Assembly (NCBI GenBank): GCA_965247115.1
Contig: CBDFGR010000003.1
Location: forward strand, 320,001 to 384,000
DNA from: Myxococcota bacterium
GTDB lineage: Bacteria; Myxococcota_A; UBA9160; SZUA-336
Direction of reading: 5' to 3'
DNA: 64,000 nt
The first letter of the stretch is position 1, and every line of letters starts with the position of its first letter. Under the pieces are notes generated by a model. That model had not been told where the DNA came from. It saw only the letters and a program-made list of their open reading frames with translations, and did no database searches. A program made the position numbers and the translations under genes. Of this stretch, positions 1-9,564 are shown piece after piece.

Positions 1-126
1 AACCGGGGATCCAGGGAGGGTCCCCTGGGGGGTCGCGGGTCACGAGGATGTCTACGCCGTGCAGTCGCGTGAGGTCCGGAAAACGAGCTCGGACGTTGAT
101 TGTGCCGCGCCCAAGGCCGAGCCAAC

Positions 127-2046
127 CTAGCCCGCGCCTGATTCCGCTGGCTTCTTGGGGTCGGCGAGGTAGCCGAGGATTCTCTCGATCAGACGCCGGC
201 GATCGATGGGCTTGGTCTCGTAGGCGTCGCAGCCGGCGCGGAGACAGCGGTCCTCCTCGCCCTCCATCGCGTGGGCGGTCAGGGCGACGATCGGGTTGGT
301 GTACCCGCTGACGCGAAGGGTGCGCGTGGCCTGATAGCCGTCCAGGATGGGCATCTGCATGTCCATCAGAATGACGTCGAAGGGTCGGCCCTCGTCCTGC
401 GAGGCGACGGCCGACTCCACGGCGGCGTGTCCGTCGTCGACCAGGAAGACCTCTGCGCCGGCTCGACGGAGAATGCTGCCGAGGAGACGCTGGGTGTCCG
501 GGGAGTCCTCGGCTACGAGAATCCGACATCCGGGAGGGAGAGGCGGGAGCACGGTCTTGCGTTCGCTGCTCAGCTCTCGCTTCGTCTCGGTGCCTGAGTG
601 CTCGACGATTCGGAACCCGTCCAGCGAGCCGGTCGGGAGCTCGATGCGGAACCGGCTTCCGCGACCGGGCTCACTCTCGACTTTGATCGAGCCGCCCATC
701 AGGTCCAGGAGGCTTGCGCAGATCGTAAGTCCCAGGCCCGTCCCCCCGTGCTTGCGCGATGTGGAGTTATCGAGCTGCTCGAACGGCCGAAACAAGCGCA
801 GTCGGTCCTCGTCACTGATCCCGATGCCCGTGTCGACGACACTCATGCAGATGCGCGGGTGGTCCTCGGGCGAGAGCAACGAGACCTCGAGCATGACCTT
901 GCCGACGTCTGTGAACTTGATCGCGTTGCCGAGCAGGTTCAGGAGCACCTGGTTCAGCCGAGTGGGATCCCCTTCCATACTCTCTGGAATGCCGGTCCGG
1001 TAGCTCGTGATCAGCTCTAGCCCCTTGGCGTCCGCTCGACCCCTGAGCAGGGAGACTGCGTCTTCGGCGATCCGCATGGGAGAGAACCGAAGGCGTTCGA
1101 GCTCCATTCGACCCGCCTCGATCTTGGACAGGTCGAGGATGTCGTTGATGATCGCGACCAGATGAGCACCGTTGCGCTGGATCGCCTGCAGTGCCTCGGT
1201 CCACTCACCTGGTGTTTCGCTCGGATCGCCGATCTCGAGAAGCTCGTCGGTAAAGCCGAGGATGGCCGTCATCGGCGTTCTGATCTCGTGGCTCATGTTC
1301 GCCAGGAAGTTGGTCTTGGCCATCACGGCGAGCTCCGCGCGCTTCCGCTCGAGCTCGATCCGCCGAAGCATCTCGTTGAAGTCGTCTACGAGCGCTCCCA
1401 GCTCGTCATTGCCGTGCTTCGTTGCCCGGCGAGTGTAGTCGTACTCGCGGGAGACCGTTCTGGCGACGCGCGCCAGGTCCAGGATCGGTCTTGCGATGGA
1501 CCCCTGGACCCGTGCCGCGAGACCGAACGAGACGAGCATGCAGACGACGATCAGGCCCGCGGTGATGAATGCGTTCCAGAGTGCGGCTGTATCCAGCGCA
1601 CGCCGATCTGCCCGCAAGTAGATGCTGCCGATCCGCTCGTTGGCGACGGCGATGCCCCGTGCGACGACCAAGTGATGACCTTCGAACATCACCTGGTCGT
1701 CGGGCGGAGTGTCGGGAAAGGTCCACGTCCCGTCTGCGAGGTCCAAGTAGTCCGCGAAGGGCGTACCATCCTGCTTGAAGATCCGGGCACCAACAACATC
1801 GTGTTCTAACCGAAGGGCGGACAGGACATCCTCGGCGCCACCGGTCTGGCCGAACTCAAGCGCTGCCGCGGCATTGTAAGCGAGCATGTCGGCAACGCCC
1901 GTCAGGCGCCGCTCCATCGAATGCCGTTGATCCAGGTAGTTCAGGGAGACGAAGGCAGCGCAGGCCAGAAGGAGCGCGATCCCGCTCGCAAGCGAAGTGC
2001 CCAGGCTGAGCTTTCGCGTCACGGAGAGGTCGCGCAGCCAGCCCAT
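127..2046 (-). CDS. Hybrid sensor histidine kinase (TM-periplasmic sensor-TM-HAMP-HisKA-HATPase-REC)
   Basis: H-box FLANMSHEIRTPM, N-box NLLGNAIKFT, G-boxes DTGIG and GTGLGL, receiver DVILMDMQMP...KP. Start set at ATG 2046 (MGWLRDLS), overlapping the upstream stop (TGATG). Confidence 0.93.
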   Translation of the reverse strand: MGWLRDLSVTRKLSLGTSLASGIALLLACAAFVSLNYLDQRHSMERRLTGVADMLAYNAAAALEFGQTGGAEDVLSALRLEHDVVGARIFKQDGTPFADYLDLADGTWTFPDTPPDDQVMFEGHHLVVARGIAVANERIGSIYLRADRRALDTAALWNAFITAGLIVVCMLVSFGLAARVQGSIARPILDLARVARTVSREYDYTRRATKHGNDELGALVDDFNEMLRRIELERKRAELAVMAKTNFLANMSHEIRTPMTAILGFTDELLEIGDPSETPGEWTEALQAIQRNGAHLVAIINDILDLSKIEAGRMELERLRFSPMRIAEDAVSLLRGRADAKGLELITSYRTGIPESMEGDPTRLNQVLLNLLGNAIKFTDVGKVMLEVSLLSPEDHPRICMSVVDTGIGISDEDRLRLFRPFEQLDNSTSRKHGGTGLGLTICASLLDLMGGSIKVESEPGRGSRFRIELPTGSLDGFRIVEHSGTETKRELSSERKTVLPPLPPGCRILVAEDSPDTQRLLGSILRRAGAEVFLVDDGHAAVESAVASQDEGRPFDVILMDMQMPILDGYQATRTLRVSGYTNPIVALTAHAMEGEEDRCLRAGCDAYETKPIDRRRLIERILGYLADPKKPAESGAG

Positions 2047-2606
2047 CAAGAAGGCTCTCCTCCGCGGTAGACGCGGCGCGCGAGCTTGAGGATGCGAGCA
2101 TCGATCCGCAAGCCGGCCGCGGTTGCCCGCTCGAGGTTGACCTCGAACGTGAGACTGCCCCGGTGCCGCACGAACTCGATCATGCCGCCCTGCTCCAGGA
2201 AGCCGTCTGCCGCGCCTACCGTGAGGACGGCGGCGTCTCGGAGCGCGCCGAGTTTCTCGTCGATCGCGTCGCTCGCCAAGGTGACAAACAGGGCTGCGCA
2301 GCGTTCTGCGCCCTGCCACCCTTCGAGTCTGCGAACGCGGACCGTCCTGCCTCGGAGAGTCCTGCCACCGAGCTCACTCGAGAGCACGGCATGGAAGGCG
2401 CCCTCTCCCAACGCGCAGATCAGAAAGTCGTCGTCAGGCTCACGATCAGTGCGCTGAGGCCACTCCACGAACTTCGAGACGCTGTAGAGCAACGCCGAGC
2501 GCACGCGATACTCCCGCTCTGTCGGCGGCAGCGCCCAGCTCGGGAAGGCGAGCACGGCGGAGCATGTCAGGGCGAGGAGCGCGCCCGCGAGAGCTCGGCA
2601 GCTCAT
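2046..2606 (-). CDS. YfiR-family (DUF4154) periplasmic protein
   Basis: Signal peptide, then EYRVRSALLYSVSKFVEWP and GGMIEF...FEVNLERATAAGLRIDARILKLA, the typical YfiR-family pattern; lies directly upstream of a HAMP kinase. Confidence 0.88.
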   Translation of the reverse strand: MSCRALAGALLALTCSAVLAFPSWALPPTEREYRVRSALLYSVSKFVEWPQRTDREPDDDFLICALGEGAFHAVLSSELGGRTLRGRTVRVRRLEGWQGAERCAALFVTLASDAIDEKLGALRDAAVLTVGAADGFLEQGGMIEFVRHRGSLTFEVNLERATAAGLRIDARILKLARRVYRGGEPS

Positions 2607-3673
2607 CTGCGGAAGGTGAACGTCCAGTTCAGGCTCGCGCGCCAGGCGGTCTCGAGCTGCGGGCCGTCGAGACTCTGGTAGATGGGAACGCCGAACTCGA
2701 ACATGATCCGGTGGCCCTTCAGCGCCCCCGAGCGGAAGAAGATATTCGAGCCGACGAGGAGATCGAGTCGCCGGCCGCCGCGCAGATCCGGATCGGCGGT
2801 CGGCACCATCGCCGGATTCAGCCGCGAGTCCGCCCCGTGGATGTTCCCCCAGACCTGAGCCTGAAGGCGCAATGAGTTGCTCAGCCAGGAGGACTGCTTA
2901 CGAGAGAGCCAGACATTCCACTCGCCTCTGTTTCCCAGCTGGTAGTCTTCGCGGTTCTCGTAGAACCTCATCGTCCCGAACAGGCGTGTCCCCCATGCCC
3001 AGCGGCGCGTCTGCCCGAGATACGCGATGCCCGTCAGTAGGTCGGCGGTCCCCGACCCGAGCTGCATGGGGTAGGGCAGCGTCGTGCGACTGGCTGGCGT
3101 CGCGTCCTTTATGCCAATGCTGCCCGTCGGCAGGCTGGTCCCCGTCTCGACGATGATCCTATCCGTCCGCTCCTCCCCATCGTGACGCCAGGCGCTGTAG
3201 AGGAGGCTCAGCTTTACGTCCCCGACCCCGCTCGATCGCGTCGTGAAGCGAGCCCCGCCGGCCGTCCGGTGGTCCATGGACAGGTCGAGGTAGGGCAGCA
3301 TGAACATCAACGTCACCCGATCGCTCGGCGCGTACATGATGTCCAGCATGTGCATCCTCATGGTCATGTCGGTCGGAGCGATCATGAACTGGCTCAGGAC
3401 GTCGCTCGTGCTCCGATGGCTCGTACCGTTGCGGTTGTCTCGCATGCGCATACTCGATGCCCGGTAGCCGAACATCCATTCGTTCTCGAGGTGCGCGTGG
3501 TGGATCCCGGTGATGCCCATGGCGTCGAGGTCCAGGTCGAGCTCCAGGATCTGCTCGATGTTGAGCTCGGGGAGGTCTCCCGCCTCGGCGGCATGCGCGT
3601 CACCGGATGGCGCGACCAGGATCACCAAGACCGCGAGTGTCAGCTGCAGTCTGCGAAGACGTACGTCAAGCAA
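2603..3673 (-). CDS. Met/His-rich outer-membrane beta-barrel ('transporter'/MetA-phenol-degradation-like family)
   Basis: Signal peptide (..DAHA), HHAHLENEWMFGYR, APTDMTMRMHML, GVGDVKL, SLPTGS, LPYPMQLGSGT, amphipathic C-terminal strand ending WTFTFRR. Exact start uncertain. Confidence 0.72.
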   Translation of the reverse strand: MLDVRLRRLQLTLAVLVILVAPSGDAHAAEAGDLPELNIEQILELDLDLDAMGITGIHHAHLENEWMFGYRASSMRMRDNRNGTSHRSTSDVLSQFMIAPTDMTMRMHMLDIMYAPSDRVTLMFMLPYLDLSMDHRTAGGARFTTRSSGVGDVKLSLLYSAWRHDGEERTDRIIVETGTSLPTGSIGIKDATPASRTTLPYPMQLGSGTADLLTGIAYLGQTRRWAWGTRLFGTMRFYENREDYQLGNRGEWNVWLSRKQSSWLSNSLRLQAQVWGNIHGADSRLNPAMVPTADPDLRGGRRLDLLVGSNIFFRSGALKGHRIMFEFGVPIYQSLDGPQLETAWRASLNWTFTFRR

Positions 3674-3786
3674 GGCGACCTCCTATCATGACGGTGAGCG
3701 TCTCCTGCTCGGCACCGTTATCGGCTCAGGGAGCGGATCTCTTTGCTCGGATTAGAGCTAGCCATGCGCTCGACACCCGCCCCACC

Positions 3787-3924
3787 ACGATCGAATACGG
3801 TGACGCCTTTGCGCTGATCGCCGAGATGGCGCGTGGTTTCGCGGAGGCGCGGGACTTCGACGGCGTACTGGCGTGATCGCGTCCAACGTGGGCGCAGAGG
3901 CAGGCTCGCTCTGGATCCTGGACG
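3787..3924 (+). pseudogene. Degenerate duplicate of the 5' end of the GAF-PP2C gene (10858-11008)
   Basis: Near-identical DNA (acgatcgaatacggtgacgcctttgcgctgat...gctcgctctggatcctggacg) with scattered substitutions and a net 13-bp deletion that creates a stop. Confidence 0.88.
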
Positions 3925-4101
3925 CCGCGACACTGCTGGGACCGGCTGGAGATTCGAGCAGACGGTTGTGGACGTCCGCGGCTACTCCACTCCGATTCGG
4001 ATCGGAGGAAGCGTCACGTGGTCAATGAGTCCCGTGACGGTGGTCTGGTGGTCACCCGAGACCAGCTCCGGGACTGAGGCCTCGACGCCGATTCCGCCCA
4101 C

Positions 4102-4527
4102 TCACGGCTCTCGCGTCCCGCTCTTCACTAGTACGAGGAGGTTGCGGCCGTCGCTGCGGTGGTACTTGAGCTCGTCCACCAGGCTTCGCACCAGGTGCAG
4201 GCCAAGCCCGCCGCACGGGCGCTCCTCCAGGCTCGCCTCGACGTCTGGCGGAGGTACGTCCCGCGGGTCGAAGTACCGCCCGTCGTCCTCCACTTCGATG
4301 CGGAGCCGCCCCGCGTCGAGAGCCAGCCCGATCGTGATCTGGTGCTCCGCATCGTCCTCGTAACCGTGGTAGATCACGTTCGTCACCAGCTCCTCCAGGA
4401 TCAAGTTGAGCTCGATCAGGACCTTCCGTTCTAGGCCGTGCTTCTCGGCGAAGGCGTCGAGCGCTTGCTGGAGCCGAGGGAGTTCCTCGATCCGATTGAG
4501 CAGCACGATCTCGGTGGGTCCCGCCAA
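4102..4527 (-). CDS. RsbW/SpoIIAB-like anti-sigma Ser kinase (HATPase_c_2)
   Basis: LILEELVTNVIYHG, EDDGRYFDP, GGLGLHLV motifs; probable TTG start at 4527. Confidence 0.9.
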   Translation of the reverse strand: MAGPTEIVLLNRIEELPRLQQALDAFAEKHGLERKVLIELNLILEELVTNVIYHGYEDDAEHQITIGLALDAGRLRIEVEDDGRYFDPRDVPPPDVEASLEERPCGGLGLHLVRSLVDELKYHRSDGRNLLVLVKSGTREP

Positions 4528-4528
4528 C

Positions 4529-4612
4529 TCAGCCGGCCTTCGCCGCGCAGGAGAGCTCCAGCAGGACCAGCCCGGCCAGGAGCAGCGCAACGACGCACGT
4601 CCCCCTAGACAT
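4529..4612 (-). other. 27-aa ORF resembling an isolated (lipo)protein signal peptide
   Basis: Translates MSRGTCVVALLLAGLVLLELSCAAKAG*; ATG overlaps the end of the ABC ATPase gene and the stop lies just before the RsbW-like start. Confidence 0.4.
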
Positions 4613-5435
4613 AGGCCTCGCGCAGAAGCCGCGCCGCGTCCTCGTCGAGCCGTTCACCACGTCTCACTTCCTCGAAGTTCGAGAGCAGATCCTCCACACG
4701 AAGGCGCCGCTTCTCCGTCGCGTCGAAGTCGTGGAGCACGCTCCCATGGTTCATCATTACCAGCCGGCTGCCCAGGTTCACGGCCTGGTGCATCGAGTGC
4801 GTGACCATGAGCGTCGTGAGCCCCTGCTCGCGCACTACCCGGTCGGTGAGTCGGTTGACCTGGTCCGCGCTCTTGGGATCCAGCGCCGCAGTGTGCTCGT
4901 CGAGGAGCAAGAGCTCGGGCTTCTGCCAGGTCGCCATCAGCAGGGTCAGGGCCTGGCGCTGACCGCCCGACAGCAGGCCGATCGGCTGATCCAGGCGCTC
5001 CTCGAGCCCCATGGCGAGGGCGCGCACGCGCTCCGCGATCTCCCTGTACAGACTCCCGCCGAGCAGGCGGCCGAGACCTCGGCGCCGTCCGCGTCCCACT
5101 GCCAGAGCCAGGTTCTCGGCGACGCTGAGCTGGGGAGCAGTGCCGCTGAACGGATTCTGGAAGACGCGTCCCACCAGGCTGGCGCGGCGGTGCTCGCCCC
5201 ATCGCGTGACGTCGCGGCCGGAGAGGCGGACCGTGCCTGCATCCACAGGGATGCTCCCCGCGACGGCGCCCAGCAGCGTCGACTTCCCGGAGCCGTTCGT
5301 CCCCACGACGACCACGAACGCCTCCGGCTCGATGCTCAGGCTCACTCCGCGCAGCGCCCGCACCTCGTTCGGCGTGCCGGCCGAGAACGTCTTGGTGACC
5401 CCATCCAGCAGCAGAAGCGGCGCCGTCTCGCTCAT
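4605..5435 (-). CDS. ABC transporter ATP-binding subunit (COG1101-type, putative Trp/Tyr importer family)
   Basis: Walker A GTNGSGKS, LSGGQRQ, LLLLDEHTAALDP, GRVFQNP, VTH; ATGA overlap with the permease stop. Confidence 0.92.
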   Translation of the reverse strand: MSETAPLLLLDGVTKTFSAGTPNEVRALRGVSLSIEPEAFVVVVGTNGSGKSTLLGAVAGSIPVDAGTVRLSGRDVTRWGEHRRASLVGRVFQNPFSGTAPQLSVAENLALAVGRGRRRGLGRLLGGSLYREIAERVRALAMGLEERLDQPIGLLSGGQRQALTLLMATWQKPELLLLDEHTAALDPKSADQVNRLTDRVVREQGLTTLMVTHSMHQAVNLGSRLVMMNHGSVLHDFDATEKRRLRVEDLLSNFEEVRRGERLDEDAARLLREAYV

Positions 5436-6352
5436 GCCCGTCGCTTCCGCAGCCACGGGCCGAGGCCCGGCAGCACCAGGGCAGCGAACACGAACAGCGC
5501 CGTCACCAGCTTGAGGTCGTTCGGGTCAAGACCCGCGCGCAGCGCGATGGCCACGAGCAACCGGAACAGGACCGATCCGATTGCCGCGCCCGCGATGAGT
5601 AAGCCGAACCCTCGCCCGCCCACGAGGGATTCGCCGATGATCACGCTGGCGAGCCCCAGCACGACCATGCCGATCCCCATCTGCACGTCGGCGAAGCCCT
5701 GGTACTGGGCGAGCAGCGCCCCCGCAAGAGCGATGAGCGAGTTCGAGAGCGCCAGTCCCAGGATCATCATGCGGCCCACGTCGACGCCGAGGGCCCGGAT
5801 CATCTGCGGGTTGTCGCCCGTGGCCCGCATCGCGGCGCCGACCTGCGTGCGGAAGAAGACGTAGAGCCCGCATCCGAGCAGAACCACCACGCCGAGTGCG
5901 GCGGTCAGGTCCGAGAGGTCGCGGATAGCGATGGACCAGCCCGCGATCATCACGTCCGCGCTCCCCAGCACACGCTCTCCGAAGCGCGCCGCCTGGGTGG
6001 CCAGCGTCTCCGACGAGAGGAGGGGCACATTGCTCTTTCCCATGATGCGCAAGTTGATCGAGTAGAGCGCGGTCATCACCAGGATCCCCGCCAGCAGCCC
6101 GTTGATCCGGAAGCGCGCGTGCAGCACTCCGGTGACGGCACCGGCGACGAAGCCGCCGGCCATAGCGGCCAACGTGGCGAGCAAGGGCGGCGCACCGCCC
6201 ACCATCAGCACGGCGGCAATGGCTGCGCCCGTGGTGAGAGAGCCGTCGGCGGTGATGTCGGGGAAGTGGAAGACGCGAAAGCTGATGAACACTCCGAGCG
6301 CGAGGAGCGAGAGGATGAGCCCGATCGTCAATGAGCCCAGCAGCAGGGTCAC
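5432..6352 (-). CDS. ABC transporter permease (COG4120-type)
   Basis: FPDITADGS, LYSINLRIMG, RATGDN, QYQGFADVQMGIG, GLASVIIGE, DLKL motifs; multiple hydrophobic segments. Confidence 0.92.
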   Translation of the reverse strand: MTLLLGSLTIGLILSLLALGVFISFRVFHFPDITADGSLTTGAAIAAVLMVGGAPPLLATLAAMAGGFVAGAVTGVLHARFRINGLLAGILVMTALYSINLRIMGKSNVPLLSSETLATQAARFGERVLGSADVMIAGWSIAIRDLSDLTAALGVVVLLGCGLYVFFRTQVGAAMRATGDNPQMIRALGVDVGRMMILGLALSNSLIALAGALLAQYQGFADVQMGIGMVVLGLASVIIGESLVGGRGFGLLIAGAAIGSVLFRLLVAIALRAGLDPNDLKLVTALFVFAALVLPGLGPWLRKRRA

Positions 6353-7572
6353 GACGACCCGCCCGCCACGACTTCACCCAGGGGTGCGATCCAGCAGGCG
6401 CCGCGAGTGAACTCGCTCTCGCCCACGCCGACGAGCTCCCGGTCGTCATGCAGAAGATGGAGCAGCCCCTGGAGCGTCTGCTCCTCGAAGAGCTCGCGCA
6501 CGGTCTCTCGCAGCTCGAGGCGGCCCTGGGGAAGCGGCCGGTAGGAGAAGGCCACAGCGTGGAAGTGGCCGAGCAGGCCGCTCGTACCCAGCGGGCGCAG
6601 CAGCGCTTCCAGACCCGAGGGCGCCTCTCGCGCAGCCAGGCCCACCACGAGAGCCAGGCAGTTGGGGAAGGCGCGCTCCGAGGTGAACGAGAGCCAGCTC
6701 CGGATCTCGGGAAACGCGAGGCTCGGCCCGCCTTCGGCCTGCACCGGCGAGCGGCGCAGCGCCGCACCCAGGAGCCCGGTCGCGTCGGCAAGGATCACGA
6801 GCCCGGCGGCCTGCGCGTCGGCCAGCTCGAGACTCGTAGCGACGAGCTGCGAGAGCGGTGCCGCTCCGAGCTCGGGATCCGTTTCGAAGCGCGCAAGCTG
6901 GGCGAAGTCGCCCTGGCAGCGCGCACCGTAGAGCACGTGCAGCTCCGGGACGAGGGCCTGCTCGGCGAGGAGGAAGTCCGGTACCTGCGTACCGTCCGTC
7001 GGCAGGTAGGTAGCGCTGCCGGCCACGGCCAGGAACTCGCCGAAACGGCCCTGGCAGTCCGCGAAGCTGCGGCCGAGGGCACCCAGGCCCAGACCGAAGC
7101 TCGTTTCGGGGTAAGCGATCCTCTGGCAGTCGGCGGCCGTGAAATCGCGCTCGAACGTCGACGGGTCTCCGATGACCTGGCAGCGCGCCCGCGCTCCGGG
7201 GGTCAGGGGGTACAGCTCAAAGCGTCCGATGCTTCGCTCGACGCTCGTGCCGGATGCGCGATCTGCCGGCGCGGCGACCTCGAGCAGCGCAAGCACCCCG
7301 GCCATCTCGAGCACCTCGACCACGGGCTGCGCGGGCTGGCTGATCCCGAATGAGCCGCCGATGCGACGGAGCTGCTGGGAGTAGCGGATGAGCACCCGGA
7401 TGCCCGCCGAGCTGATGTAGTCGACGTGAGCTAGGTCGAGCCGCAGCTGGTGGCGGCCTTCGCGCAGTGCGGTCTCGAGGCTCGCCGCCACGTGATCAGA
7501 CCAGCGGGCGTCGAGACGTCCCGTCAGCTCGAGCACGAGGACGTCGCCGTCGAGTCGCCGCGCGATCTCCAC
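6349..7572 (-). CDS. STAS domain fused to a ~290-aa uncharacterised domain
   Basis: N-terminal LTGRLDA...LDLAHVDYISSAGIRVL; GTGA overlap with the permease start and only a few bp from the binding-protein stop. Confidence 0.85.
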   Translation of the reverse strand: MEIARRLDGDVLVLELTGRLDARWSDHVAASLETALREGRHQLRLDLAHVDYISSAGIRVLIRYSQQLRRIGGSFGISQPAQPVVEVLEMAGVLALLEVAAPADRASGTSVERSIGRFELYPLTPGARARCQVIGDPSTFERDFTAADCQRIAYPETSFGLGLGALGRSFADCQGRFGEFLAVAGSATYLPTDGTQVPDFLLAEQALVPELHVLYGARCQGDFAQLARFETDPELGAAPLSQLVATSLELADAQAAGLVILADATGLLGAALRRSPVQAEGGPSLAFPEIRSWLSFTSERAFPNCLALVVGLAAREAPSGLEALLRPLGTSGLLGHFHAVAFSYRPLPQGRLELRETVRELFEEQTLQGLLHLLHDDRELVGVGESEFTRGACWIAPLGEVVAGGSS

Positions 7573-7575
7573 GGA

Positions 7576-9564
7576 CTACTCCCCTACCGTCTCGGCCGCG
7601 CGAGCCAGGACCGTCGAGGGCAGTACGATGCCGACGCGGCGAGCTGCCTCGGGGTTCACGAGCAAGCGCGTCGACTGGTCGGGCTCGAAGGGCATGCGGG
7701 CCGGATCCTCGCCGCGCATCACACGCGCGGCCATGTGCCCCGTCTTCCTCCCCGCGTCCTCGTAGTCGCGTGCCTGGGCCGCCACCGCGCCCTGGCGCAC
7801 ATTGCTCGAGATGAACCCGAAGACGGGCAGGTCGCGTCGCTCGGCCGCGCGCATGATGGCGACGAAGGCCGTGGTCGTGAGACTTCCTGCCACCTGAGCG
7901 ACGGCATCGATGTCCTGGCTGGTGAGCGCCAGTGCGGCGTCGCTCACCTCGGAGCTCGTGTTGGCAGCCACGGAGACGAGCTCGAGGCCGGCGCGCTGCG
8001 CGACTCGCTCGAGCTCCTGCGTGTTGAAGACCGAGTTGGCTTCCGCGGGGATCGTCAGGGTGCCGATGCGCTGCACGTCGGGCATGAGCTCGAGCATGAG
8101 CTGCACCAGCTCCTCGTACGCGCTCGGTGTGGGTACGCCCGTCACGTTGGGCAGGTGATCCCGATTGCTCGTCCCGACGCCTGCGAGGAAGGGGTTGGAC
8201 GTCAGACTGAAGACCACGGGCCGGCCGCGGGCGCGCTGAGCCGTGGCTTGCAAAGCAGGTGTCGAGAGCGTGAGCAGCAGGTCGGTACCCTCGCTGATCG
8301 CCGCGTCCACCAGGATGGACAGCGTCGCCATGTCGCCCTGAGCATTGCGGACCCGCAGCTCGAAGTCGCGTCCCGCGACGAGGCCGGCCTCCGCGAGTCC
8401 AGCGCGGATCCCCTCCTCCATCTCGTCCACCTCGATCATGTTCGTGTACTCGATGAGATCGAGCTTCCAGGTGCGGTCGAGGGCGGCGACGTCTCCGGAG
8501 TCCCGGTGGGTGGCCGTGGCGCTCCGCGCGAGACGGCCCGACGAGTCGATCACCTCGTCCGCGCGGGAGAGCACGGATTCGGGCACTTCAAGCCCGAGCT
8601 CGCGGGCCACGTCGATGTTCACGCTGCGCCAGACCGCGGCCACGTTGCGGAACGGGATCTGACTCGGGGACTCGCCCTTGAGCACGCGGGCCGCGAGCTC
8701 GGCGGCCGCGACTCCGCTGTCGTAGAATGCAATGCCCACGGCAGCCAGAGCTCCTTGCGCGAGCTGCTCGGGGATGTTCGTGACTATCGGGATGTGAGCC
8801 GCGCGCGCGGCCTGAACGACGCTGGTAAAGGCCTGCTGCACGGTGTTGTCGCCCGTGATCCAGATGGCATCGGCGCCTCGCGCCACGGTTGCCTGGGTTG
8901 CCTGGAGGACCTCGGCGGTCGTCGACACCGTCACCTCTTCGAGTGCGAGACCCTTCTGCTCGAAGATGGGGCGCGCCACGTTGAGCACTTTCTCGGAGTT
9001 GGCCTCTGCGCTGTTGTGCACGCTGCCGATGCGACGCGCGCCCGGCACGAGCTCCTGGATCAGATCGACGGTCTCCGCCACGGGAGGAAACGAGCCGACA
9101 CCCGTCACCAAGGGCAGATGATCCGCGAAGCTTGTGCCCGCGCCTGCGGCGATGGGATCGTAGACGTAGGTGAAGACGACGGGAGTGTTGCGCACCGCGG
9201 AACAGGCAGCCGTGAGGCACGGAGTTGTGAACGTCACGATCAGATCGAGGCCGCGGGAATCGAAGTCCTGGAGCAGCGTCGGGATCATGGCGATCTCAGC
9301 CTGGGCGTGGGCCCGTACCACCTCCAGGTTGCGGCCCTCCTCGAAGCCATGTGCGCGCAGGCCGTCCATCAGGCCTCGGTGGCACACCTGGAAGCCCTCC
9401 TCGGGCGCGAAGTAGACGAGGCCGATGCGGAAGGATCGCTCCGTGGCGACTGCATCGGACTTGGCGCGCGCGACGCGCCGATCACGATCCGAAAACAGGA
9501 GTGCGGCCGACGCCAGCGCGATGAGGCCGAGCCCGAGCGCGAGCCCCCGCAGCGAGGACCCCAT
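7576..9564 (-). CDS. ABC substrate-binding protein with two tandem COG2984-type domains
   Basis: N-terminal hydrophobic anchor (MGSSLRGLALGLGLIAL..); two internal repeats (NAQ.../RIG...AEANS/...VN.. A...G..P..VL.RA.E). Confidence 0.88.
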   Translation of the reverse strand: MGSSLRGLALGLGLIALASAALLFSDRDRRVARAKSDAVATERSFRIGLVYFAPEEGFQVCHRGLMDGLRAHGFEEGRNLEVVRAHAQAEIAMIPTLLQDFDSRGLDLIVTFTTPCLTAACSAVRNTPVVFTYVYDPIAAGAGTSFADHLPLVTGVGSFPPVAETVDLIQELVPGARRIGSVHNSAEANSEKVLNVARPIFEQKGLALEEVTVSTTAEVLQATQATVARGADAIWITGDNTVQQAFTSVVQAARAAHIPIVTNIPEQLAQGALAAVGIAFYDSGVAAAELAARVLKGESPSQIPFRNVAAVWRSVNIDVARELGLEVPESVLSRADEVIDSSGRLARSATATHRDSGDVAALDRTWKLDLIEYTNMIEVDEMEEGIRAGLAEAGLVAGRDFELRVRNAQGDMATLSILVDAAISEGTDLLLTLSTPALQATAQRARGRPVVFSLTSNPFLAGVGTSNRDHLPNVTGVPTPSAYEELVQLMLELMPDVQRIGTLTIPAEANSVFNTQELERVAQRAGLELVSVAANTSSEVSDAALALTSQDIDAVAQVAGSLTTTAFVAIMRAAERRDLPVFGFISSNVRQGAVAAQARDYEDAGRKTGHMAARVMRGEDPARMPFEPDQSTRLLVNPEAARRVGIVLPSTVLARAAETVGE

